A stretch of DNA of 64,000 bases from an uncultured Candidatus Saccharibacteria bacterium (lineage in GTDB: Bacteria; Patescibacteriota; Saccharimonadia; Saccharimonadales; JACDBH01): assembly GCA_965231105.1 (NCBI GenBank), contig OZ246417.1:640908-704907 (forward strand). Reading direction: 5' to 3'. This document shows, piece by piece, positions 42,979-53,187 of this stretch. Below the pieces are notes generated by a model that was given only the letters and a program-made list of their open reading frames with translations, was not told the DNA's origin and ran no database searches. The stretch's first letter is position 1. The number at the start of each line of letters is the position of its first letter. Position numbers and translations under genes: made by a program.

Positions 42979-43761
42979 ATGGCTGATCCAAAAGTATTGG
43001 TAAAAGTAAGTAACATTGAGCAAAGCTTCCAGGTAGGAGATGAGCTTATTCATGTCCTTAAGAAATGCGATTTTGAGATATTAAATAATACATTTAACAT
43101 CATCTTCGGCCAATCCGGCTCAGGTAAATCTACCCTGCTTAATGTGCTAACCGGGTTACAAAAACCCACGAAAGGCACCATTGAGTTTGAGGGTGAACGC
43201 GTTTATGAATTAAGTCCTAATGACCTGGCGTATTTCCGCGCAAACCGCATTGGGATCGTCTATCAGCAAAACTTCTGGGTTAAGAGCCTTAACGTTATAG
43301 AGAACGTTTCTATTCCGCTCTTTTTCTTAGGATACAGCCGTTCTATGGCCGCTAAAAAAGCCTACGCCGCACTTGAAATGGTGCACATGGAAAGCTATGC
43401 CAAAAAATTTCCGCTCCTCCTATCCGGTGGTGAGCAACAGAGAATTGCAATGGCGCGAGCCATTGTTAATGACCCCCTCTTTATCATCGCCGATGAACCT
43501 ACCGGAAGTCTTGATAGCACAAGCGGAGACATGATCATGAACCTGCTTCACGATTCACAGGTAAACTTTGGCCGTACCATCATCCTTGTTACGCACAATA
43601 TGGAATACCTCCCGCTCGCAGATCACTTGCTTCATATTCAGGACGGTGTTGTTGAACAAATGGTAAACGTGAAGGAAGCCACCGGAACGCTCATTGAGGA
43701 CATGAAAACCCGTATTATGCATTTGCAGGAGCTCAAAGAGAAGGATGCACGACATGGGTGA
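42979..43761 (+). CDS. ABC transporter ATP-binding protein (MacB/LolD/FtsE-type)
   Basis: Walker [10 protein letters not shown], signature LSGGEQQR, Walker [15 protein letters not shown] 42979 lies 1 nt after the giant gene's TAG, and the track start at 42910 lies inside the giant gene. Confidence 0.9.
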   Translation: MADPKVLVKVSNIEQSFQVGDELIHVLKKCDFEILNNTFNIIFGQSGSGKSTLLNVLTGLQKPTKGTIEFEGERVYELSPNDLAYFRANRIGIVYQQNFWVKSLNVIENVSIPLFFLGYSRSMAAKKAYAALEMVHMESYAKKFPLLLSGGEQQRIAMARAIVNDPLFIIADEPTGSLDSTSGDMIMNLLHDSQVNFGRTIILVTHNMEYLPLADHLLHIQDGVVEQMVNVKEATGTLIEDMKTRIMHLQELKEKDARHG

Positions 43762-44992
43762 AAATGGTAAGAAAATCTTTGGTCGCAAGCGTATCTATAC
43801 CTCCATTCACCGGAAGGTCCTATTTTATATAGCCTGGAGAAACCTTACGAGCAAACGCCTCCGCTCGCTCCTTACTATATTCGGCGTGGTCATTGGTATA
43901 GGAGCCATCTTCTTCCTAATGTCATTTGGGCTTGGTTTGCAGCACTTAGTAACCACTCAGGTTATCGGCGATCAATCTATTAAATCTCTTGACATCACCT
44001 CTCCCAATTCAAAACTCATAAAGCTCAATGATGAAGCAGTGAATAAAATCCGTACCTATCCGCATGTTGAAAAAGTTGGCGTGCAGTATTCATTCCCTGG
44101 CAGTCTTAAAAACCAAGGTGCTGAAATCGACAGTGTCGTGTATGGTGTTGATCTTAATTATCAAGAAATTTCCAACCTTACCCTAATCGCCGGACGATTG
44201 TTACAGAACGAAGATTTTAAAGCCCTTGTTATCAATACTTCGGCAATGGAAGCAATAGGAATTAAAGACAAGGACGCTGCCTTAGGACAAGAGATTGCAT
44301 TAACTGTTCCACTCCAGAGCGTAACGACTGATAAAAAAGAGGTCTCGGATAACTTTAAAATCGTTGGAGTTATAGATTCCGGATCGGGCAGCGAAGTCTT
44401 CTTGCCGAGTGCTGTTTTTAACGTCGCGGGTGTAGAAATCTACGAAAACGCCCGAGTGATTGCTGATAACTCAAGTAATGTTGGCTCAATCCGAGTGCAG
44501 GTACAGAGCTCTGGTTTTGAAACTACCTCACCCGTTGATACGCTCGAGCAGATTAATCAAATCTTCAAATTCTTCACCTTCATTCTGATCGGCTTCGGAA
44601 GCGTTGGTATGATTGTTTCAATCTTAGGTATGTTCAACACCATGACCATTTCCTTACTTGAACGCACCAAAGAAATCGGACTTATGATGGCGCTGGGTGC
44701 AAGGAATTCGGACATGCGTAAGCTGTTTGTTTTTGAGGCAGTTATTATTTCGTTTATGGGTGCGTTAATCGGTATTGGCCTGGCTATCTGCCAGGGTATG
44801 ATTGTTAACTTCTTTATGAACCAGTTCGCAAAGCGCAGAGGTGTACAGGAAAGCTTTATGCTCTTCTCTTTCCCCTTATGGGCAATTCTTCTCTTAACAG
44901 GCTTTACCGTTGTTGTGGGGCTTTTGGTTGTATTCTTCCCTGCCAGACGCGCTCAGAAAATCGATCCTATCGATGCGCTTCGGCGTGAATAA
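43754..44992 (+). CDS. FtsX/MacB-type ABC permease
   Basis: TM1, a ~230-aa extracytoplasmic domain, three C-terminal TMs and a terminal IDPIDALRRE. The start overlaps the ATPase stop (ATGGGTGA). Confidence 0.85.
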   Translation: MGENGKKIFGRKRIYTSIHRKVLFYIAWRNLTSKRLRSLLTIFGVVIGIGAIFFLMSFGLGLQHLVTTQVIGDQSIKSLDITSPNSKLIKLNDEAVNKIRTYPHVEKVGVQYSFPGSLKNQGAEIDSVVYGVDLNYQEISNLTLIAGRLLQNEDFKALVINTSAMEAIGIKDKDAALGQEIALTVPLQSVTTDKKEVSDNFKIVGVIDSGSGSEVFLPSAVFNVAGVEIYENARVIADNSSNVGSIRVQVQSSGFETTSPVDTLEQINQIFKFFTFILIGFGSVGMIVSILGMFNTMTISLLERTKEIGLMMALGARNSDMRKLFVFEAVIISFMGALIGIGLAICQGMIVNFFMNQFAKRRGVQESFMLFSFPLWAILLLTGFTVVVGLLVVFFPARRAQKIDPIDALRRE

Positions 44993-44993
44993 A

Positions 44994-45455
44994 CTACTCG
45001 TTTATGTCCGCACGTTCTTTAATGGTAGTTAGGCGCGGTACAAGGGCGCGAACTGCCTCGTCTAACCCTAGGACATGTAATGCTCCAATAAGCACATAGA
45101 CATCATCAATTTTCTTCATAGCAGGACGCGCTTCGGCCTCAAGCTCTTCCAGGAGCTTATGGACACGAGTAATAAGCCACTTCTCTTCACGCTCAATAAC
45201 AGACTTAAGCGCACCGACTGGACCAAGATCTGCGCTTACCACTTCGAGCGAACGAGCCGAACGATCGCGCTTTCGTAAGTGCCCTCTTTTAATAAGATTA
45301 TTAACATGCAATGCAACGGTAGCAACAGAGTTATATTGCATACCATTCATAATTTCGCGGTAGCTTGGACTATAGCCATGCTCACGAATAAATGCCTCTA
45401 TAAACTCCAGTAGTGCTCTTTGTTTTTTTGTTGGACGAACAGCTTCCTCGCTCAT
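44994..45455 (-). CDS. LexA-type winged-helix DNA-binding protein lacking the S24 peptidase domain
   Basis: 153 aa. KKQRALLEFIEAFIREHGYSPSYREIMNGMQYNSVATVALHVNNLIKRGHL matches the LexA N-terminal domain. The C-terminal ~75 aa are helical, without Ala-Gly cleavage-site or GxSM/Lys protease motifs. Confidence 0.65.
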   Translation of the reverse strand: MSEEAVRPTKKQRALLEFIEAFIREHGYSPSYREIMNGMQYNSVATVALHVNNLIKRGHLRKRDRSARSLEVVSADLGPVGALKSVIEREEKWLITRVHKLLEELEAEARPAMKKIDDVYVLIGALHVLGLDEAVRALVPRLTTIKERADINE

Positions 45456-45889
45456 CGCTTTCTCCTTGGCTTAAGGCCTTTCTTATGTTGCTCAGGGAAG
45501 ACCCAAAATCGATACCATAGGTAGTTCCAAACGGTAAAGAACCCGCTCGAAACAAACTGGCCAATGTACGGTGTGATACCAAGACTCTTGAGGCCTGCCA
45601 CAATAAGGTAATCGAGCCCAAAGTTAACAAGTGTAATAAGCATATACCTGCCTGTCGTTTCAGCAAGATGCCCCTTCAAATGCGGATTACGAAATACCCA
45701 GTAGCGCTGCAGTATGAAGTTAACTGTCCAGCCAATGATATTTGCCGTTAGTTTTGCCCACCACAAACTCCAGCCTAAGCCTTTGTCGGCGATGAAAAAT
45801 ACAAGATAGCCCGTCCAGAAATATGCTCCACCACTGATCATATATTCAACAAACTGTATGAGCAGTTTCTTCTGACGTTTTCGTAACAT
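45452..45889 (-). CDS. GtrA-family membrane protein
   Basis: LIQFVEYMISGGAYFWTGYLVFF..NFILQRYWVF..WNYLWYRFWVF, four TMs. ATG 45889 preferred because the track start overlaps the upstream gene. Confidence 0.75.
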   Translation of the reverse strand: MLRKRQKKLLIQFVEYMISGGAYFWTGYLVFFIADKGLGWSLWWAKLTANIIGWTVNFILQRYWVFRNPHLKGHLAETTGRYMLITLVNFGLDYLIVAGLKSLGITPYIGQFVSSGFFTVWNYLWYRFWVFPEQHKKGLKPRRKR

Positions 45890-45896
45890 GCTTATG

Positions 45897-47219
45897 TTAT
45901 AGTGTAGCGCGTTTTTCGCTTTTTGTACTCTTTTTTGTGTAGATTGCAAAACCCACTGCACCAAAGAATACATACGCAAGTGTGTCGTCTGCCCAGGCGT
46001 GAGATACAAGGTTAACAACTATAAGACCGAGTAGGGAAGCGAGTAGGGCTCGAGGTACCCCTTCGTCTCGTCGCTGCCATAACTTGTAGCCGATAACCAC
46101 TAAGATTCCGATAAGTAAGGCAATGCCCACCATTCCCATCTCTTGGCCGATCTGTAAGAAGAAATTTTCATTTATTGATGCCATAGCCTTATCATTACGC
46201 AAGGAAGCGGGTCCTGCACTTCCAACACCCTTACCAAACGGATCACTCAGTACGGCTTGAGCACCTTGTTTCAGCCCGGTGAATCTTTGGGCGTTTGAGC
46301 TTTCGGGAGAAGCCGATAGCTCATTGGTGTGGAATACCAAATTCTGGAACGTGTCATTATGACGAAGGATGTATACAGCACTAGCACCTATCACAATAAA
46401 AATACCAAGTGTGATATATAATGCTTTCTTATGCTGATTGGTACGTGCTGACAAATAAAGAAAACTTACTGCCGTAACAAATAATCCAATCCACGCACTT
46501 CTTGAGTAACTACCAAACAATACTGCCAAGCCCACGATAAAAAAGCCTAGAATTACGCGTTGCTGCCTCTTAAAAAATAGCGCAGCCGATCCGGCCAGGG
46601 CAAGTACAGGCACGAGGTATGCTCCAAGTGGATTGGGCCCTCGTAGCGTTGACTGAATGCGCGCAAAATCTTCCTTATTATCAACTGCTTGATAGGCGGG
46701 AAGTGTTGCATCACCGTAACCGAAATGACGCAAAAAATCGTTAGGCAATACCAAGAGCTGCAGTAGTCCAAATATCCCTACTGCAGCGGCCGGCCATAAT
46801 ATCCACCGCAGCCATTTTGTATCTTTGGGTAACTTATGCGCTGCAATTATAGTAATTAAGAGAAAGATAAGATATCTGCTATCAATAACCGCCCCATATA
46901 CTGCCGCCTCAAAACCAACTCTCCGAGCCATAATCCCTGAAAAAGTCATTAACAGGGTTAAGAGGAGCATAAGACATACGAGTTGAACGAGACGATCAGT
47001 TTTGAGCTTTGCCCATAAAACATCATCACGCATAACCACTATTGCTGCAGCAATACTTAGCAGCATAAGAAGTGCTTCTTTCCAAAGACGTACTGCGTCA
47101 AAATATCCAAAGTTACTGGCAAACCATGCCGTGAAGAAAGCGTGAAAGGGAACAAGCAAAAAGATTGCCGCAGTTCCAGCGATGAGGAAACGAGCTGCAA
47201 CGGAGTTCTGCTTCTTCAT
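45897..47219 (-). CDS. O-antigen ligase/polymerase-like (Wzy_C) polytopic membrane protein
   Basis: 440 aa, at least 10 TMs. FGSYSRSAWIGLFV motif and a periplasmic loop before the last TMs. Confidence 0.7.
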   Translation of the reverse strand: MKKQNSVAARFLIAGTAAIFLLVPFHAFFTAWFASNFGYFDAVRLWKEALLMLLSIAAAIVVMRDDVLWAKLKTDRLVQLVCLMLLLTLLMTFSGIMARRVGFEAAVYGAVIDSRYLIFLLITIIAAHKLPKDTKWLRWILWPAAAVGIFGLLQLLVLPNDFLRHFGYGDATLPAYQAVDNKEDFARIQSTLRGPNPLGAYLVPVLALAGSAALFFKRQQRVILGFFIVGLAVLFGSYSRSAWIGLFVTAVSFLYLSARTNQHKKALYITLGIFIVIGASAVYILRHNDTFQNLVFHTNELSASPESSNAQRFTGLKQGAQAVLSDPFGKGVGSAGPASLRNDKAMASINENFFLQIGQEMGMVGIALLIGILVVIGYKLWQRRDEGVPRALLASLLGLIVVNLVSHAWADDTLAYVFFGAVGFAIYTKKSTKSEKRATL

Positions 47220-47332
47220 ACCTCTAGTATACGGGCATTATGCAATAGTGAACAATTTGCGATCTTTTGTGGTAGATGGTCCAATTTTTATGTAACTTTC
47301 GCTTATTATTCTATGAAATACCCTATGCGATG

Positions 47333-47360
47333 TTGTGAGGTAATGAACATAGATTATACT
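47333..47360 (+). promoter_or_regulatory. Promoter candidate for the glycan-initiation operon
   Basis: TTGTGA (47333-38), 16-nt spacer, TATACT (47355-60). It lies 14 nt before ATG 47374, which implies a very short leader. Confidence 0.3.
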
Positions 47361-47373
47361 GTCTAGTTAGAGC

Positions 47374-48813
47374 ATGAAGAATAACGCCTCATTAACATAT
47401 GGTTTCTTCCTGATAATTGGTGATTTCCTTGCCCTTGTGGCAGCTTTTGTAACGGCATATATTCTTCGCGTATCAATTGATGCTCGTCCTTTAACCGCAC
47501 AGATTACTTCTCGTGAATATCTGCGCGCCTTTCTCTTCTTGTTACCTTTTTGGCTGATTATTTTTGGATTACTCGGCCTCTATAACAAGAATGTTTATGA
47601 GAAGCGCTTTTCAGAATTAGGCCGCATTATAATAGGGTCGGCCATTGGTATCCTTTTCATTATTGGGTACGGCTTCTTTACAGATCAAGCAATCTTCCCC
47701 GCTCGCTTAGTTCCTATCTATGGACTTGGGCTGGGTCTTTTCTTCCTTATAGCATTTCGTACACTGGCTCGTTCAATTCGACGTGAACTCTTTAACTACG
47801 GTATTGGGATTAATAACGTCCTTATTATTGGCGACACGCCGGTTACCCGCGAACTGCTGGTTTCATTGTCCGATATCAAGCTTACGGGCTACCGCGTAGT
47901 AGGTGTGGTAGGGGGCAAGAAGCATCGTATTGGTGACTTCCCTTCAGAGCTTGTTTTTGACACATTTGAAACAGCCATAAAAAAGCTCCGCAAGGAGCCG
48001 TTCCATAGCATTATTCAGACTGAACTTTACGCCGAGAACGGACATAACAGCGAAATTCTTACCTATGCTCAAGAAAACCACATTAGCTATCGATTCGTAC
48101 CCGGTAATAGTGAACTTTTTGTAGGAAATATAGAAGTTGATCTTTTCCGCTCAATTCCTGTTATTGCCGTGCACCAAACCGCATTGATTGGTTGGGGACG
48201 AATTGTAAAACGGTTATTCGATCTCGTGTTTGGTACTATATTTTTCCTTATCGCCCTCCCTATCATCTTATTCATCAGTCTGCTTATGATCGTGTTTGAT
48301 CACGGCGATCCAATCTTTGGTCAAACTCGTCTGGGACGCTTTGGACGTAAGTTTAAGATTTATAAATTCCGCACATATAAACACGCCTATAACCGCATGA
48401 CGCCGGAAGAAGGCTTCGCAAAGATGGGCCGACCTGAATTAGCCATAAAATACCGTGAGAATGGCGATTTCCTCGTGAACGATCCACGAGTTAGTCGTTT
48501 GGGTCGTTTCTTGCGCAAAACAAGCTTGGACGAGTTACCGCAGCTGTGGAATGTTGTGAAGGGAGATATAAGTCTTGTTGGACCACGACCACTTGAGCCA
48601 TTTGAGCTTGATCAATACAAACACAAGAATCTTATGCTCAGCGTTAAGACCGGCTTAACCGGACTTGCTGCTATATCGGGACGACGGGATATTCCGTTTG
48701 AGGAGCGTCGTAAACTGGATCTTTACTATGTACAAAACTGGAGTTTTTGGGGAGACATTGTCATCCTACTTAAAACTGCGTCTGTTGTACTGTTTCACCG
48801 CGGAGCACGATAA
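47374..48813 (+). CDS. Polyprenyl-phosphate hexose-1-phosphate transferase (WbaP/CpsE-type initiating sugar transferase)
   Basis: 479 aa. N-terminal TMs and a central Rossmann-like region. The C-terminal domain has [54 protein letters not shown]. Confidence 0.9.
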   Translation: MKNNASLTYGFFLIIGDFLALVAAFVTAYILRVSIDARPLTAQITSREYLRAFLFLLPFWLIIFGLLGLYNKNVYEKRFSELGRIIIGSAIGILFIIGYGFFTDQAIFPARLVPIYGLGLGLFFLIAFRTLARSIRRELFNYGIGINNVLIIGDTPVTRELLVSLSDIKLTGYRVVGVVGGKKHRIGDFPSELVFDTFETAIKKLRKEPFHSIIQTELYAENGHNSEILTYAQENHISYRFVPGNSELFVGNIEVDLFRSIPVIAVHQTALIGWGRIVKRLFDLVFGTIFFLIALPIILFISLLMIVFDHGDPIFGQTRLGRFGRKFKIYKFRTYKHAYNRMTPEEGFAKMGRPELAIKYRENGDFLVNDPRVSRLGRFLRKTSLDELPQLWNVVKGDISLVGPRPLEPFELDQYKHKNLMLSVKTGLTGLAAISGRRDIPFEERRKLDLYYVQNWSFWGDIVILLKTASVVLFHRGAR

Positions 48814-48816
48814 TAC

Positions 48817-49926
48817 ATGAAGGTTGCGATTGTTCACGATTGGCTCGTAGGCGGAGGGGCTGAAAGGGTAGTCGAGCAATTACATGTGCTGTACCCCGAC
48901 GCACCTATTTATACTTCCTATGCAACCGAGGAGTGGCGGCAAAAACTTGACGGTAAAGTCGTTACGGGTTGGCTTCAGCATTTGGGCTCCATAAGAAAAT
49001 TCATCCCTTTTCTTCGTATTTGGTGGTTTACTCATTTAGATCTTAAGGGTTACGATCTGGTTATAACAAGTTCAGGCAATGGCGAAGCAAAGGGTGTCAT
49101 TACGGACGAGCGTACGGTTCATATTAATTATTGTCACACTCCTACTCACTTTTACTGGCGTCATTATGATCAATATCTTAAAGAGCCAGGTTTTGGATTC
49201 CTTAATCCTATCGTCCGACTGGGTCTACGCCTTTTCGTACGCCCCTTGAAGAAATGGGACTACGAAGCTGCTCAACGAGCCGATTATGTTCTTGCTAACT
49301 CATCTCACACTCAAGACGAAATTAAGACATTTTATAATCGTGAGTCAACTATTGTACATCCACCCGTTAACGTAGAGCGTTTTCATATTGCTCATATTCC
49401 AAAGCGAGAAGGCTATGTAACGGCTGGACGCCAGGTACCTTATAAAAAGACTGCTCTTATTATTGAAGCTTGCAATCAACTTCAGCTGCCCTTAACGGTA
49501 ATCGGGAAAGGTCCCGAACACCAAGCATTAATACGCATTGCAGGACCGACCATAAAACTCGTTGAGTACGTCACAGACAATGAAATGCCTACATACCTTG
49601 CAAGCAGCGAAGGCTTCATCTTTGCAGCTTATGAAGACTTTGGTGTCACGCCTGTAGAAGCCATGGCAGCTGGCACTCCCGTATTGGCATTTAATAAAGG
49701 TGGGGCACTGGATTATGTCGTGCCTGGAAAAACTGGCGAATTCTTTAGTGAACAATCAATAGAAGCGTTAGTTGAAGCACTTAAGAAATTTAATCCCACA
49801 CAATATGATTCTGCCACTGTTAGTGCGCATGCTCAGAGCTTTAGCGAAGCACGATTCCGTCATCAAATCGAAAGTTTTGTCGGCAACATTAAGTTAAGCA
49901 GTCCTGTCGATATAACGTTAGAATAG
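48817..49926 (+). CDS. GT4-family (GT-B) glycosyltransferase
   Basis: 369 aa. MKVAIVHDWL..GGAERV N-terminus and EDFGVTPVEAMAAGTPVLA motif. Confidence 0.85.
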   Translation: MKVAIVHDWLVGGGAERVVEQLHVLYPDAPIYTSYATEEWRQKLDGKVVTGWLQHLGSIRKFIPFLRIWWFTHLDLKGYDLVITSSGNGEAKGVITDERTVHINYCHTPTHFYWRHYDQYLKEPGFGFLNPIVRLGLRLFVRPLKKWDYEAAQRADYVLANSSHTQDEIKTFYNRESTIVHPPVNVERFHIAHIPKREGYVTAGRQVPYKKTALIIEACNQLQLPLTVIGKGPEHQALIRIAGPTIKLVEYVTDNEMPTYLASSEGFIFAAYEDFGVTPVEAMAAGTPVLAFNKGGALDYVVPGKTGEFFSEQSIEALVEALKKFNPTQYDSATVSAHAQSFSEARFRHQIESFVGNIKLSSPVDITLE

Positions 49927-49948
49927 TAAAGGTAAACGAGGGTACGTA

Positions 49949-50965
49949 ATGAAAAATATTCTAGTTACGGGTGGTGCAGGTTTTATTGGCAGCCATACTG
50001 TTGTCGAACTTCATGATGCAGGCTACCGCCCTATTATTGTAGATAATCTCAGTAACTCGTTAGAAAGCGCAATTGACGGTATCACAGCCATAATTAAAGA
50101 AAAGCCGGTTTTTTATAAGACTGACTATACGGACACTGACGCCCTGCAGAAAATAATTAAGGACGAATCTATTAATGGTGTTATTCATTTTGCCGCACTA
50201 AAAGCAGTGGGGGAGTCCACACAAGAGCCGCTAAGATACTACGAAAATAATGTTGCTGGGTTTATCGGCCTTTTAAAGACCCTTGAAGAACATGGCATCC
50301 CTCTTGTCTTCTCATCTTCCTGTACGGTGTACGGCGAGCCCGACAAACTGCCAGTCAATGAGCAGGGCGTTTTCAAGCCAGCCGAATCACCCTACGGTTC
50401 TACGAAACAAATGGACGAGACTATCTTGCGTGACGCCACAAGGGTAAGTCGCAAATTAAAGAGTATAGCACTTCGTTACTTTAATCCTATTGGCGCTCAT
50501 CCTTCCGGTCTTATTGGCGAATTACCTCTTGGGATACCAAGCAATCTATTTCCTTTCCTTACCCAGACTGTAGCAGGTATACGTGATGAGCTTACCGTGT
50601 ATGGTAATGATTACGATACACCTGATGGGAGCTGTATACGTGACTACATTCATGTGGTAGATCTCGCAAAGGCGCATATTAAAGCGCTGGAATACCTGGA
50701 TAAACAACCTGCTGCATACTTTGACGCCTTTAATCTCGGCACTGGTCAAGGCAGCAGCGTATTAGAAGTCATTAATACATTTGAGAAAGCCACGGGTAAA
50801 AAAGTACCGCACAAAATTGGCGCTCGCAGACCAGGCGATGTGGTAGCAACGTACGCAGATCCTTCAAAAGCCAACAGTGAGCTTAACTGGAAAGCCGAAA
50901 AGACATTGGCGGATGCATGCAAGGACGCTTGGAACTGGCAAGTTAAATTAGGTGAAAAAGCCTGA
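49949..50965 (+). CDS. galE: UDP-glucose 4-epimerase
   Basis: 338 aa. ILVTGGAGFIGSH, SSSCTVYG, YGSTK, DGSCIRDYIHVVDLA. Confidence 0.9.
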   Translation: MKNILVTGGAGFIGSHTVVELHDAGYRPIIVDNLSNSLESAIDGITAIIKEKPVFYKTDYTDTDALQKIIKDESINGVIHFAALKAVGESTQEPLRYYENNVAGFIGLLKTLEEHGIPLVFSSSCTVYGEPDKLPVNEQGVFKPAESPYGSTKQMDETILRDATRVSRKLKSIALRYFNPIGAHPSGLIGELPLGIPSNLFPFLTQTVAGIRDELTVYGNDYDTPDGSCIRDYIHVVDLAKAHIKALEYLDKQPAAYFDAFNLGTGQGSSVLEVINTFEKATGKKVPHKIGARRPGDVVATYADPSKANSELNWKAEKTLADACKDAWNWQVKLGEKA

Positions 50966-50968
50966 AAA

Positions 50969-51844
50969 CTATTTTTTCGGGTTTAAGGCAATAAAGTCTC
51001 GAATGTAATCCAAAATATCTACGGTTGTGTCCCAGCCAAGTTCGTCGCGGGCTTTAGTGGGAGAGTCGCCTGATTCCATTCTGCCTGGTTTGCCTTCTAC
51101 ATATTCAAGTGGGCCACCGAATGCTTGGGCTATTTCTAAAATAGAATGCGCTTTTTGATTATTAAGTGCATACCCATCCCCCTTACCCCTTTCGGCGGCG
51201 AGAATAAGGCCCCGAGCTAGGTCTTCAACATATGTAAAGTTGCGCTTTTGAGTACCAGGCAATACTACCGGCAGAGGATATCCGTTTAAATAAGCGTGCT
51301 CAAAGTTAGCGATAACTGTTCCATATTTTTTGTCTGCTTTTTCACGAGGACCAAATGCATTATAGAAATAGCAAATCGCATAGGGAAGGCCATACCATTT
51401 TCCATAATTTTTTATGAGGTCGACATTGGTAGCCTTGGTGAATGCATACGGACTTTGATCTCGACCGGTCCCATCATCAGCAAATTTAGTGCTTGATGCA
51501 GCATATACGAGCTTTGAGACATTTCGAGTGCGGCAGAATTCTAACACTGCGCTTGTGCCAACAATATTAAGATCTATAACTCGTGCCGGTTCATCAAATG
51601 ATGGTGCAATACGAGCATATTCTCCTAGGTGATAGACGATGTCTGGTGTTTCAGGAGCTAAACGATCTATGTTTTTTGTATGACCTTTTCGATACTCTGC
51701 GCCTCGAATATGATTGGCTTTGCTTCCGTTCGAGTAGTTGTCGAGTGAAATGACTCGATTATTTGGATCTTTAAGTAGCTGCTCAATGAGATGAGAACCA
51801 ACATGACCAGCCCCACCCGTTACCAGCACCAGTCTTTGAGCCAT
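50969..51844 (-). CDS. NAD-dependent nucleotide-sugar epimerase/dehydratase (short SDR)
   Basis: 291 aa. VLVTGGAGHVGSH, SPYAFTK (YxxxK). Confidence 0.8.
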   Translation of the reverse strand: MAQRLVLVTGGAGHVGSHLIEQLLKDPNNRVISLDNYSNGSKANHIRGAEYRKGHTKNIDRLAPETPDIVYHLGEYARIAPSFDEPARVIDLNIVGTSAVLEFCRTRNVSKLVYAASSTKFADDGTGRDQSPYAFTKATNVDLIKNYGKWYGLPYAICYFYNAFGPREKADKKYGTVIANFEHAYLNGYPLPVVLPGTQKRNFTYVEDLARGLILAAERGKGDGYALNNQKAHSILEIAQAFGGPLEYVEGKPGRMESGDSPTKARDELGWDTTVDILDYIRDFIALNPKK

Positions 51845-53187
51845 TACGCAGCTTTCTTATCGGAAGTTTTACCGATTGTGACGTACTTAAAGCCAGCCGC
51901 CCGCACTCTTTCTGGCCTCTTCCACACATGCCGGCCATCAAATATAACCGGCTCTTTCAGCAAGTCTCGTACGCGACGCAAGTCCATGGTGCTAAATTCG
52001 GGCCAGAGAGTAGCAGTTATAAGCGCATCGGAGCCAGTAACCGCCTCTTCAATTGAGTCAACCAAGCGAAGGCCCCTGATGTTAGGGAGTTCTCGTTCAA
52101 TTTTTCGCTGAAATGTTTCTTTTGCCTGAGGGTCATAAGCAACAATTTCTGCTCCAGCGTCAGTTAAATCTCTGACAATATCAAAGGCAGGCGCTTCACG
52201 CACATCATCAGTATTCTCCTTGAACGCAAGTCCCAACAGAGCAAATCGTCTACCGCTTAAGTCCTGAGTCTCGTAAAAATTCTTAATTTTAGCTGGCATG
52301 AGTCGGCGCATTTCACCATTCGTAACAGTGGCCTCCTCTACAATGCCGGGGTTCACACCTACTTCTCTTGCCATCATAATGAGTGCCTGAACGTCTTTAG
52401 GGAAACAACTGCCACCCCACCCAATTCCCGCATTCAAGAAGTCGCGACCAATACGCGGATCGTCTCCCATGATCTTTGCTACTTCCTGAATATCTGCTCC
52501 GTACTGCTCACACATTTGTGCCAAGAAGTTAGCAAATGAAATCTTCGTTGCCAAGAATGCATTGCTCGCATACTTACCCATTTCCGCTGAAGCGGGGAGA
52601 ACAAAATCGATGGGGTGATCGTTTCTTACTAGCCGTTCATATACCTCTTCCATGATCGGCCGTGTACGTTCGTTATCCGTACCGATCACAATGCGGGCAG
52701 GCCTTTTAAAATCATCCACTGCGTAGCCTTCTCTTAAAAATTCTGGGTTGGAAATCACGTCATACTCAACCCTAGCGCCGCGAGCAATGCGCTCATCTAC
52801 TTTAGGCACCGTCCCTACCGGCACAGTACTCTTGTTAACAATTACCGTGTAGTTGGTGAGTAGGGGGCCAATGTCTTCTGCCGCTTGCAGAACATAGGAT
52901 AGGTCTGCCGACCCGTCATCACTTTCAGGGGTTGGTAATGCCAAAAAAACTACTTCGGTATCTAAAATGGCTTGGCTTAAATCAGTTGTAAAACGCAGGC
53001 GATTCGCTTCTATATTTTTCTGAAATAAATCTTCGAGCTGAGGTTCATAAATGGGAATCTCCCCATTCTGCATTCGTTCAACTTTTTGCTCGTCTATATC
53101 TACACACGTCACCTCATGACCTATATCAGCAAAACATGTTCCACTTACCAAGCCTACGTAGCCCGTACCAACAACTCCTAGCCTCAT
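51844..53187 (-). CDS. ugd: UDP-glucose 6-dehydrogenase
   Basis: 447 aa. MRLGVVGTGYVGLVSG, GWGGSCFPKD catalytic Cys motif. Confidence 0.9.
   Translation of the reverse strand: MRLGVVGTGYVGLVSGTCFADIGHEVTCVDIDEQKVERMQNGEIPIYEPQLEDLFQKNIEANRLRFTTDLSQAILDTEVVFLALPTPESDDGSADLSYVLQAAEDIGPLLTNYTVIVNKSTVPVGTVPKVDERIARGARVEYDVISNPEFLREGYAVDDFKRPARIVIGTDNERTRPIMEEVYERLVRNDHPIDFVLPASAEMGKYASNAFLATKISFANFLAQMCEQYGADIQEVAKIMGDDPRIGRDFLNAGIGWGGSCFPKDVQALIMMAREVGVNPGIVEEATVTNGEMRRLMPAKIKNFYETQDLSGRRFALLGLAFKENTDDVREAPAFDIVRDLTDAGAEIVAYDPQAKETFQRKIERELPNIRGLRLVDSIEEAVTGSDALITATLWPEFSTMDLRRVRDLLKEPVIFDGRHVWKRPERVRAAGFKYVTIGKTSDKKAA

Noticed and set aside
36672-44992. Type I secretion (RTX-adhesin-like) interpretation of the giant protein plus ABC genes
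   Set aside because: The ABC pair is MacB/FtsX-type, with a separate ATPase and a 4-TM permease with a large outer domain. It is not an HlyB-type fused exporter. There are no GGxGxD RTX repeats. The protein has an N-terminal TM anchor rather than a C-terminal secretion signal.
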